The notes under the pieces: model-generated
Seen by the model: only the letters and a program-made list of their open reading frames with translations
Databases searched by the model: none
What the model was told of the DNA's origin: nothing
Source: the human T2T-CHM13v2.0 reference genome, Homo sapiens
Assembly (NCBI RefSeq): GCF_009914755.1
Contig: NC_060926.1
Length of the DNA: 64,000 nucleotides
Direction: 5' to 3' (one strand)
In this document: positions 11,782 through 28,130 of the stretch, piece after piece
How the letters are laid out: each line of letters opens with the position of its first letter
Position numbering within the stretch: the stretch's first letter is position 1
Position numbers and translations under genes: made by a program

Positions 11782-13810
11782 GGTAGAAAGCGGCCTCTGG
11801 GACTCGCGAGGATGAGCCCGGCGTCCCAGTTGCGAGATTGGGCGCGGCAGGGCGGGCGATGGGGCGTGGGGGAGGGAGGGAGCAGCTTGGGGTGGTGGGA
11901 GGGGGGTGGTGGGGCGGCGAACCGGACATCCCATCCACCCACAGGACACAAAACCCCCCGACGGGCTCACCACTCCCGACCCTTCGTGCCCATGTGCGAG
12001 GAGGCCGACCGCCCGACCCGTGTGCGGCAGCCGCGAGGGACCGGCGGCCACTCATGCGCGGAGGGCGCGGGGCGGCCCCGACGTTTGGGCAGCGAAGGAG
12101 AGGCGGACCGCGGTGCCTGGGGTCTCACCGCCAGTGGCCTCGGGGCATGAAGGCGGCCCCTCGCGGCACCTGGAGCGGCCGACTGGCCTTCGGCGGGCCT
12201 GCGGCTTCCCCACCGCCGCCACTGTCGCGGCCAGCCCCCTGAACCCTCTTCCCTGCACACACTGCTGGCCGACCCCAAACCCTCCGGGTGTCCACCAGGC
12301 CCACTCGGGGTGCCGCCGACCTGGTCCCGAAGGCGCACGCCCGGGGACACGGACAACGGGCCAACCAGTGGCTAGCGGCGGCGCCCCACCAGGCAGAGCC
12401 GGGTTTGGTCCCAGACGGGGCCACCACAGCCTAAGGCGGTGAGCCGCTCGGGGAGAGAGGATCCGCGGGCAGGGTGGGGGGCACAGACAGGCAAGGCCAG
12501 GGACCGCGAGGGCAAGGGCACCTGGGAGCCCGCAGAGGGGCGGCTCGGGGAGAAACCTCAGGCACGGCCGGGCCACCAGGAAAACACGGCCACGGGATCC
12601 CACCGCCACAGACAGGAGGGAGGTACCGCAGCGACCCGCCTAGGATGCCGGACGGCCCTCGGCACCACCGAGACCCGCCTCATGAGCCCCAGGTCCCGCC
12701 ATCAGGACCCCGAGGTGACCTCAGCCACAAACCTAACGCCAGGGCCACGTTGCTCGTTTCTCATCCATCCTCCAACCCGGTCAAGCTCCAGGAGACCGGC
12801 ATGCCCCCCACTTGGGACGCTTCCCAGGGCCAGGCGGCCCAACCCCGTGCCACGCAAACACGGTCGTCGGCACCGGTCGCTGCTCTGCAGGGGAGCGGGC
12901 AGAGAGCCGGCTCACAGCGGAACGGGTCACAAGCCGGACTGAACGCCAGGCACAGCCACCGCTCACGCAGCCTCCCAACCGCTAGGACGCCGGCCCGGCC
13001 CGGCGGGATTCTCCCCTGACTCGGAAGGGGAAGGCGCGGGCCACACAGTAGGCGACGAGCTTCCCTGGGTCCCCACCGCGGAGGCTGGCGGAACCCTTGC
13101 TTTCCCCCACTCACCTCATCAAGGGGGAAGTGGAGGAGGGTCCTCTGCAAGCCAGTCGCCACGGCAGCGCTACCATAACGCAAAGAGAGGCGGCAGGCCG
13201 GGGGATCCGGTACCCCAAAGGCACACCTCTCAGATCGCTAGAGAAGGCTTTCTCACCGAGGGTGGGTCACACTCCCCACACGCCAGTCGCCCCTCGTCGG
13301 GCCCGCAGAGGCGCTCAGGGACGCCTGGGGAAGGGAGGGGGCCTGCGGTACCAGGAAAAATCTGCGTGCGGCAACCTTGAGCCTTCGCGGTCTGGGCAGG
13401 GGGCCTGGCCGCTGCGCGTGCGCGCAATCCCCGAAGGGCCCCCTAGTCCACCAGCCTCCTTTCTCCCAGGCAAAGCACCTCCAAGTAAACCCACACACAA
13501 CCTGTCGGAGGCAGAACGGTAGCCCCTCGGCGGCCGGCCGGCGCACGCGTCATCTGCCCCAGCCCACCGCAATAGCTCACACGGCCGGTGCGCAGCCGCC
13601 AGAGGGGAGCACGGGACCTGCGCTCGCCAGATCAGGCGGCACCCTTCCCCGCGTGGGAGGGGCGCGTCTCACTCAACCGCCTCGACCCCCACACCAACGA
13701 GCTCCCTCAGGACCCACTGGTGGACATCGCGGCGGTGACCGGAGGAGGGGGCGCTGGGGGTGGGAACCACACACCACCACTCGACCTCGGGCACCTGAGG
13801 GATAAGCTGG
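11782..13810 (-). pseudogene. rDNA 5'ETS, 5'-truncated and internally deleted
   Basis: Contains 5'ETS motifs (GGTGAGAAAGCCTTCTCTAGCGATCTGAGAGG; CCCTCAGGTGCCCGAGG). It is only ~2.0 kb versus ~3.65 kb canonical, and the +1 sequence GCTGACACGC is absent. Confidence 0.93.
12552..12666 (-). ncRNA. MIR663B: miR-663b precursor (5'ETS-derived annotated miRNA); mature sequence at 12556-12577
   Basis: The reverse complement reads GGTGCCGAGGGCCGTCCGGCATCCTAGGCGGG...CCTGGTGGCCCGGCCGTGCCTGAGGTTTC (115 nt), matching the hsa-mir-663b hairpin as I recall it. Confidence 0.85.
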
Positions 13811-13825
13811 GGGGTGAAGGGGAGG

Positions 13826-14888
<1,063 letters not shown>

Positions 14889-15455
14889 GAGTTAATACAT
14901 CTGGTCTCACTACGTCTTAACCACACACCCATGAAGAACTCAAGTCAAGAGAGAGTCTGAGAGAGGCTCTCAGCATTCTCTCCCGAAAGCAGTGAGGTGG
15001 ATGGCGGCTGTGTGTCCCGAGCTCCTGTGGTTTTAGGTGGCCACGCATAGAGGAGAGATTTCCAATGTTTCCAGAGATGCGCGAGCCACAGTCTTTCGGG
15101 GCATCCGAGTGTGAGATGGGGTTTCTGACAGTGACTTAAGGGCCAGGAAGGGCCAGAATCTGCCAAGGCCCGTGTCCCAGGGTGGGGCCGATGGAACCCA
15201 AGGTAGAGGGAGTCAGCGGTCCACACAGAGAGAGCTCCAGCCTTAGGACCCACTGTGCAGACCGAATCAGAATGAAGAGAGTCCTTCGTCCTATATGCCA
15301 CATCCCTCCACTGAACTTGGGAGCGGATCTGTTTTCCAAACATGAGGTGACTCTCGCTTTGCAATGGATCACAAGGGGCTGGGCTTTCCAGAGTCGGCAG
15401 GCTAAAGAAGTCATTCTGGCTCAGCCTCCCCCATCCCCTGGTAACTGGTGAGTTT

Positions 15456-16668
<1,213 letters not shown>

Positions 16669-19368
16669 TGAGCTGAGGCTGGCAAGGCCGGAGCCGCTAT
16701 TGGCGGGGAGGGGGGTGGGCGGGGTGGTGGGGGGTGCCTGAGGCACTGCAGAAAGTGGGTCTGAGCCTCGAGGATGACGGTGTTGCAGGAACCCGTCTAG
16801 GCTGCTATATGGCAAGCACTAAACCACTATGCTTACTGAGATGGGGTTTTCCTCGCAGAACGCCTTTATGCAGAAGTACACTCAGAAGAAGCCTTGTTTT
16901 TACAGGCGACCTGTTCTTACCGCCCAGGAAAGGCCTATAAAACATATAGACTCTTGAAAGGACACAGTTGTCCTACACCACAATGCAAATACCTGCTTGC
17001 AAAATGTTGTGTTGATCTTAGCAAGCTTTCAGAAGGGGAACAAATCTTATCTGGTGGAGTGTTTCATAAGCAGAAAAGCCATGATGATATTGTTACTGAG
17101 TTTGGTGATTGAGCTTGCTTTCCCCTTCCATTGTTGGTACATGTATATTGCAAGACAGATTGGCTTGCCAAAGGATCAGAATGTTACCAAAAGAGCCTTA
17201 GTTTAAATCCTTTCCTCTGGTATCCCTTCGAATCATTATGTGAAATAGGTGAAAAGCCAGATCCTGACCAAACATTTAAATTCACATCTTCACAGAACTT
17301 TAGCAACTGTCTGCCCAACTCTTGCACAGCACAAGTACCTAATCATAGTTTATGTCACAGACAGCCTGAGACTGTTCTCACGGAAACACCACAGGACACA
17401 ACTGAATTAAACAGATTGAATTTAGAATCTTCCAATTCAAAGTACTCCTTGAATACAGATTCCCCAGTGTCTTCTATTGATTCAGCTGTAATTTCACCTG
17501 ATACTCTCCCACTGGGAACAGGAACTTCCATATTTTCTAAACAGGTTCAAAATAAACCAAAAACTGGTTGAAGTTTATTAGGAGGACCAGCAGCTCTTAG
17601 TCCATTAACCCCAAGTTTTGGGATTTTGCCATTAGAAACCCCAAGTCCTGGAGATGGATCCTATTTACAAAACTACACTAATACACCTTCTGAAATTGAT
17701 GTGCCATCCACCGGATCCCCTTAAAAAAAGTCTGTTGCCAGAATCGGCCAAACTGGAGCAAAGTCTGTCTTCTCACAGGGTGGAAATAGCCGAGAGGTAA
17801 CTCCAATTCTTGCACAAACACAAAGTTCTGGTCCATAAATAAGTTCAACACCTCAGGTATTGAGCCCCACTATGGCATCTCCCCCAAATGTGCTGCATTG
17901 AAGTTCACGACTCTACTAGTGACAGTTCCACAACCAAGGAGAATAGGAAGAAATTAAAAATGAAGTTTCCACCTAAAATCCCAAACAGAAAAACAAAAAG
18001 TAAAACTAATAAAGGAGGAATAACTCAACCTAACATAAATGATAGCCTGGAAATTACAAAATTGGACTCTTCCATCATTTCAGAAGGGAAAATATCCACA
18101 ATCACACCTCAGATTCAGGCTTTTAATCTACAAAAAGCAGCAGCAGAAGGCTTGATGAGCCTTTTTCGTGAAAGGGGGAAAGGTTATTTAGCTTTGTGTT
18201 CATACCACTGCAAAGAAGCTATAAATATTTTGAGCCATCTACCTTCTCACCACTACAATACTGGTTGGGTACTATGCCAAATTGGAAGGGTCTATTTTGA
18301 ACTTTCAGAGTACATGCAAGCTGAAAGAATATTCTCAGAGGTTAGAAGGATTGAGAATTATAGAGTCGAAGGCATGGAAATCTACTCTACAACACTTTGG
18401 CATCTTCAAAAAGATGTTGCTCTTTCAGTTCTGTCAAAAGACTTAACAGACATGGATAAAAATTTCCCAGAGGCCTGGTGTGCTGCAGGGAACGTTTCAG
18501 TCTGCAACAGGAACACGATATTGCAATTAAATTCTTCCAGAGAGCTATCCAAGTGGATCCAAATTATGCTTATGCCTATACTCTATTAGGGCGAGAGTTT
18601 GTCTTAACTGAGAATTGGACAAAGCATTAGCTAGTTTTTGAAATGCTGTCAGAGTCAATCCTAGACATTATAATGCATGGTAAGTGGCAATGATATGTAA
18701 AGACAAAGTCTTGTTGATGGTGCTGGTAGTCACTAACTTTTCTTGTTAGATAGCTCTTTATTGTCATGAATTTGGTTACTAATACTTAGGGATGGTACAT
18801 ACTGGTCAATAACTTCAAACTAACATGTTTTCTTATGAAATGTGTGTCTTTAACAAACTCTTAAGTTAACTAATGATAATAGAATACCAGATCCTTATAC
18901 TCAAGAGTTTCAGTCTTCTACCAAACTTTTGCAGATACTGTAGTTGTGTTTTGTTTGTTTGTTTGCTTGTTTAGTTTTGTTACTTCATTTGTTACTTTTT
19001 CTTTGAACACAGAAATGGTGATTGGGACAAAAAGTGCTTGGGAAATTGGAAAGGAATAGCATAATTCACTTATTGGATAATAGAAAAAAACACTGAAAAA
19101 ATTCACTAGTTGCTGCTTTTTGACAGTGTTCTAGTTTATTGAGTTACTATTAAGAAGTTAGTGTACCCTTTTACTTAGCAGTATCTCTGTTTTACTTTTT
19201 TGTACTTGTGTATAAGTAGACACATAGGAAATTACTACCCAGGTCACATTGTTATCAACTGAATAACATATGAAAATGTTTGGTCCTACTTCCGCCTCAA
19301 CACCATACTTACTGTTGACATGTATTGTATTTTTCTGGACTGACTTAAACGTTTAAATATCAAGAGAA

Positions 19369-19686
<318 letters not shown>

Positions 19687-20469
19687 CTACAATTCTGAAG
19701 TCATAACTCTGTGGAAGCTTTTTTGTCAGATACGGTTATCTTTGGGTTTAATTATTATAGCAGCTGAGTTTTAACCCTTGATTTGCTTCTAAATCTGAAG
19801 CATTATATTACTAAAACATTTTTTGATTTGTGAATATGTTGTTCAATGGATTATATCTCATTTTGCAGTAGTAGTTGCAGTGCCTGAAAGATTGACAAAA
19901 AAATAGTGCTAGCTTCTGCTGACAAATGTAACAATCAACTTACCAATACTGCCTTCTCTTCTGATAGCTATGTTATCCGTAATATTTTAAGAACTCAGTT
20001 CTTCATAAGACTTGTGTTGTTTTTGATTTTTTCCCAAGTCTGGTTGATCCTTGTGTTGTTCTTTTTCAATTGTGTATTGTCTGTTCAGCTATTCTGCAGG
20101 AGTCACATTCTTAAAAACCTTAACCATATCAAAAATTGTGTTTAAAGGAGGATTATTCAGATTAGCAAGCTTTTACTAGGAGGAGTTTAAATGCTGATGT
20201 ATTTCGGTAACTCTAAATACTGAGCAACTTTATTCTAACTATAAAATAGATAGCCTTTCTTTGTTTTCACTTTCACTATCATTAGCACCGTGTTTAATAC
20301 CTTTTCTTCATCTATAACACAATTATAACGATATACAAAGCCACTCAAATAAAGCAGATATATTGTGCTTTAAAAAAAAAAAAGAAAAAAAAAAGAAGTC
20401 ATTATGTGGCACACAATGAGGTGTGACTCGAATCTAGAATCTCCAGTGAAAACCAATGAAACAGGGTCA

Positions 20470-20619
<150 letters not shown>

Positions 20620-21924
20620 TCAGAAACAAACACACAAAGCCAATAAAGATGTTAAGGTGTTTAACTCAACGTGTCAGGCTCAGGTCTCTTGACAGGATAC
20701 ATCCAGCACCCGGGGAAACGTCGAGGGGTGGGGTGGAATCTATTTTGTGGCCTCAAGGAAGGGTTTGAAAGATAGTCCCGCAAATGTGACGGCCTAAGGA
20801 AGCCCCTCCGCCCAAGAAGCGATATTCATTTGTATCCTGTAGCCACCCACGAGGGAGAATCGGGCTCTCTACAGACCCCCAATCCCCACCCCACCCGAAC
20901 CCACCCCCCTGCCTCGTGAAATGAGCTCTCGCTCCGTCGGGCTCTATTCACGCCGTGTGGTTTTGTAACCTCCAGCGTGTGTGCGTGGGTTTCGGGGTGG
21001 GGTGGGGTGGGGTGGGGGCGGCTATGGACAGAGAAGGGGATAAAGCGGCGGTGCCCTGCTGGTGTCCGGGACGTGGGACGTGAGTGGGGTGGCCAGAGCC
21101 TAGGGAACTCATCGCCTGTCAAGACGTCTCCCCTCCTGGTCCCCTCTCTGACCTATGCTCCACATCTTCACAGTTCACTGGGGACCTTGTGGGTGGAAGT
21201 CACCATCCCTTTGGACTTTAGCCGAGGAAGGCCGGGCTCCCAAGAGTCTCCCCGGAGTTGGGGCCTTGGGCAGGCTCACAAGGATGCTGACGGTGATGGT
21301 CACAGTGATGTAAGTTGGAGGCCTCTGGCCAATGCAGAGGTATCCATTTGATCTCGGTGGGACAAGTCAGCTTTGCGGAGTCCCGCGCGTCCTTCCAGAG
21401 ACTCATCCAGCGCTAGCAAGCATGGTCTGGAGGATCCCAGCTCCCAGCAGAGGCACTTTTGTTCACACAGAATACTGGGCAGAAACGTTCTCAGCAGGTT
21501 TAGACCTCCTAGTCAAAAAGCCAAAGCCACTTCTGGGATTTTTTTTCAAAGAGCCAGTGGTTCCACAATGGGCCGTGGGTAGTTGTGGAAATGGAGAGAA
21601 GTGTTTGCAGATACATATTTGAGACAGAACAGACAGGGCTCGGTCACAGGTCATGAAGGACACGAGCAGATGCACATTGAGAAAACCCTCCCAGCATCCT
21701 AGGTGAACAGAGGTATGATTTTTTGAGACAGTCGAGGGAGATGCAACCCCAGATTTTAGGGCTGGATCTTTATTAATATGTAGTATCTATGAGGTATCCA
21801 AGTCCAGAAATTGACTCACCAGTTCTGTACAGCGTTCGGTAGGGAGATCAAATCTGGGATGTCTAAAGTTAAGAATTCAGGCTGTGGTAATGGATTAGAT
21901 TAGATGCACTTGAACTTATTTTGC

Positions 21925-23095
21925 AAAGAAAGAGAGGGTGGGAGACAGCGAGAGCCAGAGAGCGAGCGAGAGAGAGAGAGACAGAGACACAAAGATACAC
22001 AAAGAGAGAAAGACAGAAAGAGAGAGACAGACAGACAGATAAAGACACAGAGAAAGAGAGAGATGGACAGAGACAGAGAGAAACAGAAAGAGAGAGAGAG
22101 AGACAGACAGAGAGAGACAGACAGACAGGCAGACAGACAGGCAGAGAAAGAGAGTAAGACAGATGGCAGACACACACAGAGAGAGACAGAGACAGATGGA
22201 GAGACAGAGAGAAAGAAAGAGACAGACAGAGGGAAAGAGACAGAGAAAGAGACAGACAGAGGGAGAGAGAGAACCAGACAGAAAGAGAGAGACAGACAGA
22301 GACAGAGAGAGAAACAGACAAGGAGAGAGAGAGAGATAGACAGACAGGCAGAGAAAGACAGTAAGACAGAAGACAGACAAAGAGAGAGAGAGACAGGCAG
22401 AGAGAGAGAGAGACAGAGAGACAGAGACAGAGAAACATACAGGCAAAGAGAGAGAGAAAAAAACAGGGAGAGACAGACAGACAGACAGGGAGAGAGAGAG
22501 AGAGAGGCCGACAGACAGACAGACAGGCAGAGAAAGAGAATAAGACAGAAGACAGACACAGTGAGAGAGACAGAGAGAGAGATAGACAGAGACAGCGAGA
22601 CAGAGAAAGAAAGAGAGATACAGACAGACAGACAAAGAGACAGAGAAAGACAGAGACGGACAGAGAGAAACAAAGAGAGAGAGACAGAGAGAGAAAGAGA
22701 GAGACAGGCAGGCAGAGAAAGACAGAAGACAGACACAGTGAGACAGGCAGAGAGAGAGAGAGACACAGAGAGAGAGAGACAGAGAGAAAGAAAGAGACAG
22801 AAAGAGATGGACAGAGAGAAACAGAGAGAGGGACAGCGAGAAACAGAGAGAGAGACAGAGACAGAGACAGACAGAAACAGACAGACAAACAGGGAGAGAG
22901 AGAGAGAGACAGACAGGCATAGAGAGAGAGACAGGCAGGCAGAGAAAGGGAGTAAGACAGAAGACACACACAGTGAGAAAGACAGGCAGAGAGAGAGAGA
23001 AATAGGCAGAGAGAGAGAGACAGAGAGAGTGAGAGAGAAAACAGAGAAAGAGAGAGACAGAGACAGACAGAGAGACAGAGAGAGGAGCAGGAAGG
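21925..23095. repeat. GA/GACA-rich (CT-rich on the rDNA sense strand) IGS repeat block 1
   Basis: Near-continuous AGAG/AGAC runs with the recurring anchor GAGAGTAAGACAGAAGACAGACACAGTGAG. Confidence 0.95.
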
Positions 23096-24417
23096 GCGTG
23101 CTCAGGAAATAATTACACATATTTTATAACGCTTTTGATCCCGTAAACGGTGGCCGAGGTGTGCTTTGAAAACAACAACAACAGCAACAAGAGCAGCAGC
23201 AGCATTCGCTTACGGGTTTCTAGAACATAAGATGTTCTGAAGTCTAGTAAACATCAACGGGCTCTCACTACACGTTGAGAGATTCACAAAAGCTCTAGTT
23301 AACAGGAGAAAACAGCAGCTAATGTGTCTTGGGGAAAATATACGTCTTCCTGAAAATTGCGGATTTCTACTTCACCTGAAAAGAAATACATACGAAAAAG
23401 GAAAAACACGAACAAAACAAAACAAGCCAACGAACACGGGCCAATGCACCGTCCCTGGAAATCTTAAGTGAGCAAAGTATTAGTTTTCAGAAACCGTTTC
23501 TATTTTGGGCAAATGCTAAGAAGGCCCAGATTAGAGCTGTGACGCCCTTCCCATTGTGAAACTATGTTGGCCGGAGGGAGGAGAAACTAAAACATCATGA
23601 TAAAAGGTGATTGAGACCCAGCCAGAGTGAAGCTTTCCTAGGGAGGGAGGCCTGAGGAGGGAAGCGGGGGAAGAAACCCACAACTGCAGACCCGCCCGCT
23701 TGCCCACGCGGGTCAAGGGCTATGCCATCGGCCCAAGCTGCCTCTGGGGAAGTGGGACCGTGCCACCCCCATCTTCAAAAACGGTGACCACTGAGTGAGG
23801 CCTGACGCCCACCGATGCAAATGTCAGCCTGGCAAGAATGAGATCGCCGGCAAGGGGTGGGGGAAGGGGAGAGAAGACGGAGGCACACCGGGGTGGCTCC
23901 GGAAGGTTTCCAAGCAGGGTGTTGGGAGGCGGGGGGTGGGGGTTTGGGGGGAACCCACCTAACTGACTCACTAAATGAAGGTAAAGGGACGTGGGTAGTG
24001 GGGGGAGCCGAGGGGCGACTTGAAAATTAAACTGACCCCTCCTAAATCCCAAGTAGAAGAGTCTATGCACACGAAAGAAACCAACACACAAAGAAAACTA
24101 AAGCTCTGATCAAAGAACAATAGGGCCCCAGCCAGGGCAGAGGTTCCCTAGGCAACGAGGGAGAGAGGGAGGGGCCTCCAGAAGGGAGAGAGAGAAACCG
24201 GTTGCCCCAGGTTCGGTGAAGTCTGGGAGACCTCCCTCTGTGTCACCTCGACTTTCAATAACAGTGGCCGCTAGGTGATGCCCGAAGACAACCGATGCCT
24301 GCAAATGTCAGTCAGCACGGAAAAGAATGTATGTATGTATGTATGTATGTATGTATGTATGTATGTATGTATTTATTTATAGACAGAGTCTCACTCACTC
24401 TACAGCCTGGGCTGTAG

Positions 24418-24546
<129 letters not shown>

Positions 24547-24924
24547 TAGTAGAGACGGGGTTTCGCTGTGTTGGCAAGGTTGGTCTCGAACTCCCAACCT
24601 CAGGTGATCCACCCGCCTCGGCGTCCCAAAGTGCTGGGATGACAGATGTGAGCCACCACGCCCGGCCTTAACCGTTTACTTTTAAGTTGAGGAACTTATC
24701 AGGGAAATATGAGAAGTACAGACGCCACACGTGACAGACAGAAAAGTCTGAAAATGCCCCTTGCATCCAAGTGGGGACCCGGCCTCGACCTCCCGAAATC
24801 ATACACCGAGTGGGGAAGCCCAGCAAGGCCCGTCTGTCTAGATTCTTCTCAGCCTCTCTAAGCACCTAAGCATGCACTTCTCACTTTCGTGGAAGGGGCA
24901 GAGCCCTCCCCGTCATGAGGTGTC

Positions 24925-27900
24925 TGACAGACTGACACAGAAAGAGACAGACATAGAAAGACAGAGACGGACAGAGAGAGATAGAGAGAAACAGACAGAA
25001 AGAGAGAGAGATGGAGAGTGAGTGAGAGAGAGAGAGACATGGAGGGAGAGAGACAGAAAGGCAGAGAAAAAGAGTAAGACAGAAGACACAGTGAGAGAGA
25101 CAGGCAGAGAGAGAGAGAGACAGAGACAAAGACAAAGAAAGAGAGAGAAAGAGACGGACAGAGAGAGACAGAAACAGAAAGAGAGAGAGAGAGAAACAGA
25201 AAGGGAGGGAGAGAGACAGAGACAGAGAGACTGACAGACAGATAGGCAGAGAAAGAGAGTAAGACAGAAGACAGATACAGTGAGAGAGACAGGCAGAGAG
25301 AGACAGAGGGAGAGACAGACAGAGAAAGAGACAGAGAGAGAAAGCAGAGATGGAGAGAGAGAGACAGACAGAAACAGAAAGAGAGAGAGACAGAGACAGA
25401 GAGAAGCAGACAGACAGGGAGGGAGGGAGACAGACAGAGAGAGGGAGACAGACAGAGAATGGGAGACAGACAGACAGGCAGAGAAAGAGAGTAAGACAGA
25501 AGATAGGCACAGACAGAGAGACAGGCACAGAGAGAGAGACAGACAGATAGAGAAAAAGAAAGAGACAAGCCGGGCACGATGGCTCATGCTTGTCATCCCA
25601 GCACTTTGGGAGGCCGAGGCGGGCGGATCACGAGGTCAGGAGATCAAGACCATCCTGGCTAACACGGTGAAACCCCGTCTATACTAAAAATACAAAAAAT
25701 ATAGCCAGGCGTGGTGGCGGGTGCCTGTAGTCCCAGCTACTCGGGAGGCTGAGGCAGGAGAATGGCATGAATCTGGGAGGTGGAGGTTGCAGTGAGCCGA
25801 GATCGTGCCACAGAAAAAGAAAGAGAGAGACAGACAGACAGAGGAAGACAGAGACAGACAGAGAGAGACAGAGAGAAACAGAGATAGAGAGAGACAGAGA
25901 GAAACAGACAGAAATTGAGAGAGACAGAGAGAGAGAAACAGAAAGGCAGGGAGGGAGAGAGAGACAGATAAACAAAGAAAGAGAGTAACACAGAAGAGAG
26001 ACACAGTGAGAGAGACAGGCAGAGAGAGAGAGACAGAGACAGAGAGAAAGACAAAGAGAGAGAAAGAGACGGACAGAGAGAGACAAAGAGAAAGAGAGAC
26101 AGAGAGAGAAACAGAAAGGGAGGGGGACAGACAGACAGAGAGAGAGAGACTGACAGATAGGCAGAGAAAGAGAGTAAGACAGAAGACAGACACAGTGAGA
26201 GAGACAGAGACAGAGAGACAGACAGAGAAAGAAAGGGAGGGACAGAGAAAGAGACAGAGAGAGAAAGACAGAGATGGACAAAGAGAGACAGACAGAAACA
26301 GAAAGAGAGAGAGACAGACAGAGAGAAACAGAGAGGGAGGGAGGGAGACAGACAGAGAAAGAGAGACAGACAGACAGGCAGAGAAAGAGAGTAAGACAGA
26401 AGACAGGCACAGACAGAGAGACAGGCACAGAGAGAGAGAGACAGAGAGAGAGAGAAAAAGAAAGAGAGAGACAGACAGACAGAGACAGACACAGAGAGAA
26501 AGAAACACAAAGAGAGAGAGAGAAACAGACAGGAAGAGAGAGAGAGAGACAGACAGGCAGAGAAGGAGAGTAAGAGAGAAGACAGACACAGTGAGACAGG
26601 CAGAGAGAGAGACAGAGACAGAGAGAAAGAAAGAGACAGACAGAGAAAGAGACAGACAAAGACAGAGACAGACAGAGAGAGAAAGAGAGAAACAGACAGA
26701 CAGAGAGAGAAAGAGAGAAACAGACAGAAAGAGAGAGAGAGAGAGAAACAGAAAGGGAGGGAGAGAGAGAGACAGACAGATGGACAGGCAGAGAAGGAGA
26801 GTAAGACAGAAGACAGACACAGTGAGAGAGACAGGCAGAGAGAGAGACAGAGAGAGAGAAAGAAAGAGAGAGACAGACAGAGAAAGACAGAGATGGACAG
26901 AGAGAGACAGAGAGAAACAGAAAGAGAGAGACAGAAAGAGAAACAGAAAGGCAGGGAGAGAGAGACAGACAGGCAGAGAAGGAGAGTAAGACAGAAGACA
27001 GACACAGTGAGAGAGACAGGCAGAGAGAGAGAGAGACAGAGACAGAGAGAAAGAGATGGACAGAGAGAGACAGAGAGAAACAGACAGAGGGAGTGAGAGA
27101 AAGAGAGACAAACAGAAAGAGAGGAAGAGACAGAGAGAGAGACAGACAGGCAGAGAAAGAGAGTAAGACAGAAGATAGGCACAGAGAGAGAGAGAGAGAC
27201 AGACAGAGAGACACAGAAAAAGAAAGAGAGAGGCAGACAGACAGAGAAAGACACAGACAGAGAAAAACAGAGATGGACAGAGAGAGACAGAGAGAAACAG
27301 ACAGAGAGAGACAGACAGATGGGCAGAGAAAGAGAGTAAGACAGAAGACAGACACAGTGAGACAGGCAGAGAGAGAGAGAGAGAAAGACAGAAGTCAGAC
27401 ACAGTGAGACAGGCAGAGAGAGAGAGAGAGAGACAGACAGACAAAGAGACAGAGAGAGACAGACAGAGAGAGAGAAACAGGAAACAGAGAAACAGAGAGA
27501 AACAGGAAACAGAGAAACAGAGAGAAACAGAAAGGGAGGGAGAGAGAGAGACAGACAGATGGACAGGCAGAGGAGAGTAAGACAGAAGACAGACATAGTG
27601 AGAGAGACAGGCAGAGAGACAGAGAGACAGAGACAGAAAGAGACAGAGAAAGACAGGGATGGACAGAGAGAGACACTGAGAAACAGAAAGAGAGAGAGAC
27701 AGAGAGAAACAGACAGAGAGAAAGTGAGAGAGAGAGAGAGAGAAACAGAAAGGGAGGGAGAGACAGAGACAGGCAGAGAAAGTAAGACAGAAGATAGGCA
27801 CAGAGAGCAAGAGACAGAGAGAGAGAGACAGACAGAGACACAGAGAAATAAAGAGAGAAGCAGACAGACAGAGAAAGAGACAGACAGAGAAAAACAGAGA

Positions 27901-28130
27901 CAGAGAGAGACACAGAGAAACAGACAGCGAGGGAGAGAGAGAGACAGACGGGCAGAGAAAGTGAGTAAGGCAGAAGACAGACACAGTGAGAGAGGCAGAG
28001 AGAGAGAGAGACAGAGAGACAGAGAGACAGAGACAGAGAGAAAGAAAGAGACAGACAGACAGAGAAAGAGACACAGAGAGAAAGACAGAGACGAACAGAG
28101 AGAGACAGAGAGAAACAGATAGAAAGAGAG
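24925..28130. repeat. GA/GACA-rich IGS repeat block 2, interrupted by a 3'-truncated AluY-like element at 25568-25811
   Basis: The same anchor recurs every ~190-230 bp. The Alu ends abruptly at GAGATCGTGCCAC. Confidence 0.95.

Noticed and set aside
12150-12260. miR-3648-like sequence in the 5'ETS
   Set aside because: Only a degenerate resemblance to the mature sequence as I recall it; cannot support a call.
17131-18589. Intact CDC27 coding gene
   Set aside because: Stop at codon 9, further stops and frameshifts, and retrocopy hallmarks.
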